DNA of 63,938 nt, counting the filler, from Octopus bimaculoides (Eukaryota), in the NCBI RefSeq assembly GCF_001194135.2. It is 6 parts of 5 records of this genome, joined end to end, with 100 filler letters (N's around TTAATTAATTAA, not from the genome) between each part and the next. Parts side by side here need not be neighbours in the genome. Positions count along the whole stretch, not along the records: positions 62,797 to 63,938 come from NC_068991.1; 5 more parts are not named here. One strand, given 5' to 3'. A model generated the notes under the pieces. That model saw only the letters and a program-made list of their open reading frames with translations. It was not told the DNA's origin and searched no databases. The translations under genes and the position numbers were made by a program. Every line of letters begins with the position of its first letter. Position 1 is the stretch's first letter. Below are positions 63,236 to 63,938 of this stretch, one piece after another.

Positions 63236-63938
63236 CGAGGGTGTATGAAAAGTCTTGAACCTCAAAGAAACAAAACATAGTACAAGACTTTTGATGATTT
63301 ATTTTTCAACATAGTCCCCCTCGATGGTTGAACACTTTCTCCAACGCTGCTGAAGCGCCATTATCCTGGCGTAGAGGAACTCTTTTGTTTGAGACTCCAA
63401 GAAACTTCCTACAGCATCTATGACGTCATTGTCACTGGCAAAATGTTGACCAGTCAGGGCTTCTTTTCATTTTTGGGAATAGATGAAAGTCAGAGGCTGG
63501 CTAAGTCTGGTGAATAAGGTGGATGAGGAACAAGTTCGTATTCACAATCATGAATTGTTGCCATGGCAACCACTGAGGTGTGATGAAAAAGGACTCCCCT
63601 GGTGAGCATTTCCGGCCTTTTTTCTTTGATTGCTTCTCGGAGGCATTTCAGTAGCTGAGAATAATACAGCCCTGTCACGGTGTGACTCTTTTCAAGGTAA
63701 TCGATCAGCAAGACACCTTGAGAATCCAAAAAAACGGACGCCATGACCTTGCCAGCTGAAGGAATGACCCTGGCGTTCTTTGGGGTAGGAGAAGATGTGT
63801 GCTTCCACTGCTTTGATTGTTCTTTGGTTTCAGGCTGGTAGTGATGAACCCAACTTTCGTCCATAGTAATGAAATGAGCAAGAAAATTCTCTTCATCGGC
63901 TTCAAACAGTTCCATATTGCTCGTGGACAAAGTGCTCC
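63236..63938 (-). mobile_element. Mariner (irritans-like) 3' half running off the window; second catalytic Asp deleted
   Basis: FITMDESWVHHYQPETKEQSKQW..SAGKVMASVF..GVLFH-HTSVVAM lacks the expected xDNAPx residues; then HPPYSPDLA. TIR cgagggtgtatgaaaagt after TA (63234-35). Confidence 0.9.

Overview
AT-rich, microsatellite-dense, gap-ridden animal genomic DNA. The repeat families and composition suggest an octopus or other coleoid cephalopod (inference from recognition, not a database match). One host gene is supportable: the 5' half of a cytosolic PAPS-dependent sulfotransferase on the + strand, with coding exons 45129-45294 and 49896-50219; the 3' exons are not visible in the window. Most other recognisable sequence is decayed transposon. 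This includes R4/Dong-type LINE pieces in (AAT)n tracts, an RTE LINE and RTE-derived short elements, a Tx1/L1 fragment with a 12-bp TSD, a Penelope GIY-YIG fragment, several Tc1/mariner lineages and MITEs, tRNA-derived SINEs, and a Buster-type hAT whose ~628-codon transposase is broken by one stop codon. The most notable non-coding structure is a ~215-bp fold-back in the sulfotransferase intron. It carries two inverted minimal hammerhead-ribozyme motifs of the Penelope pLTR type, has a 12-bp TSD and is nested three elements deep. A CpG-depleted block (~25.6-50.5 kb) with CpG-retaining promoter-like patches is also evident. Five 44N-TTAATTAATTAA-44N spacers and an Illumina adapter remnant are assembly artefacts. 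I found no convincing wholly new gene system. Most ORF-track entries are microsatellite or N-gap artefacts.
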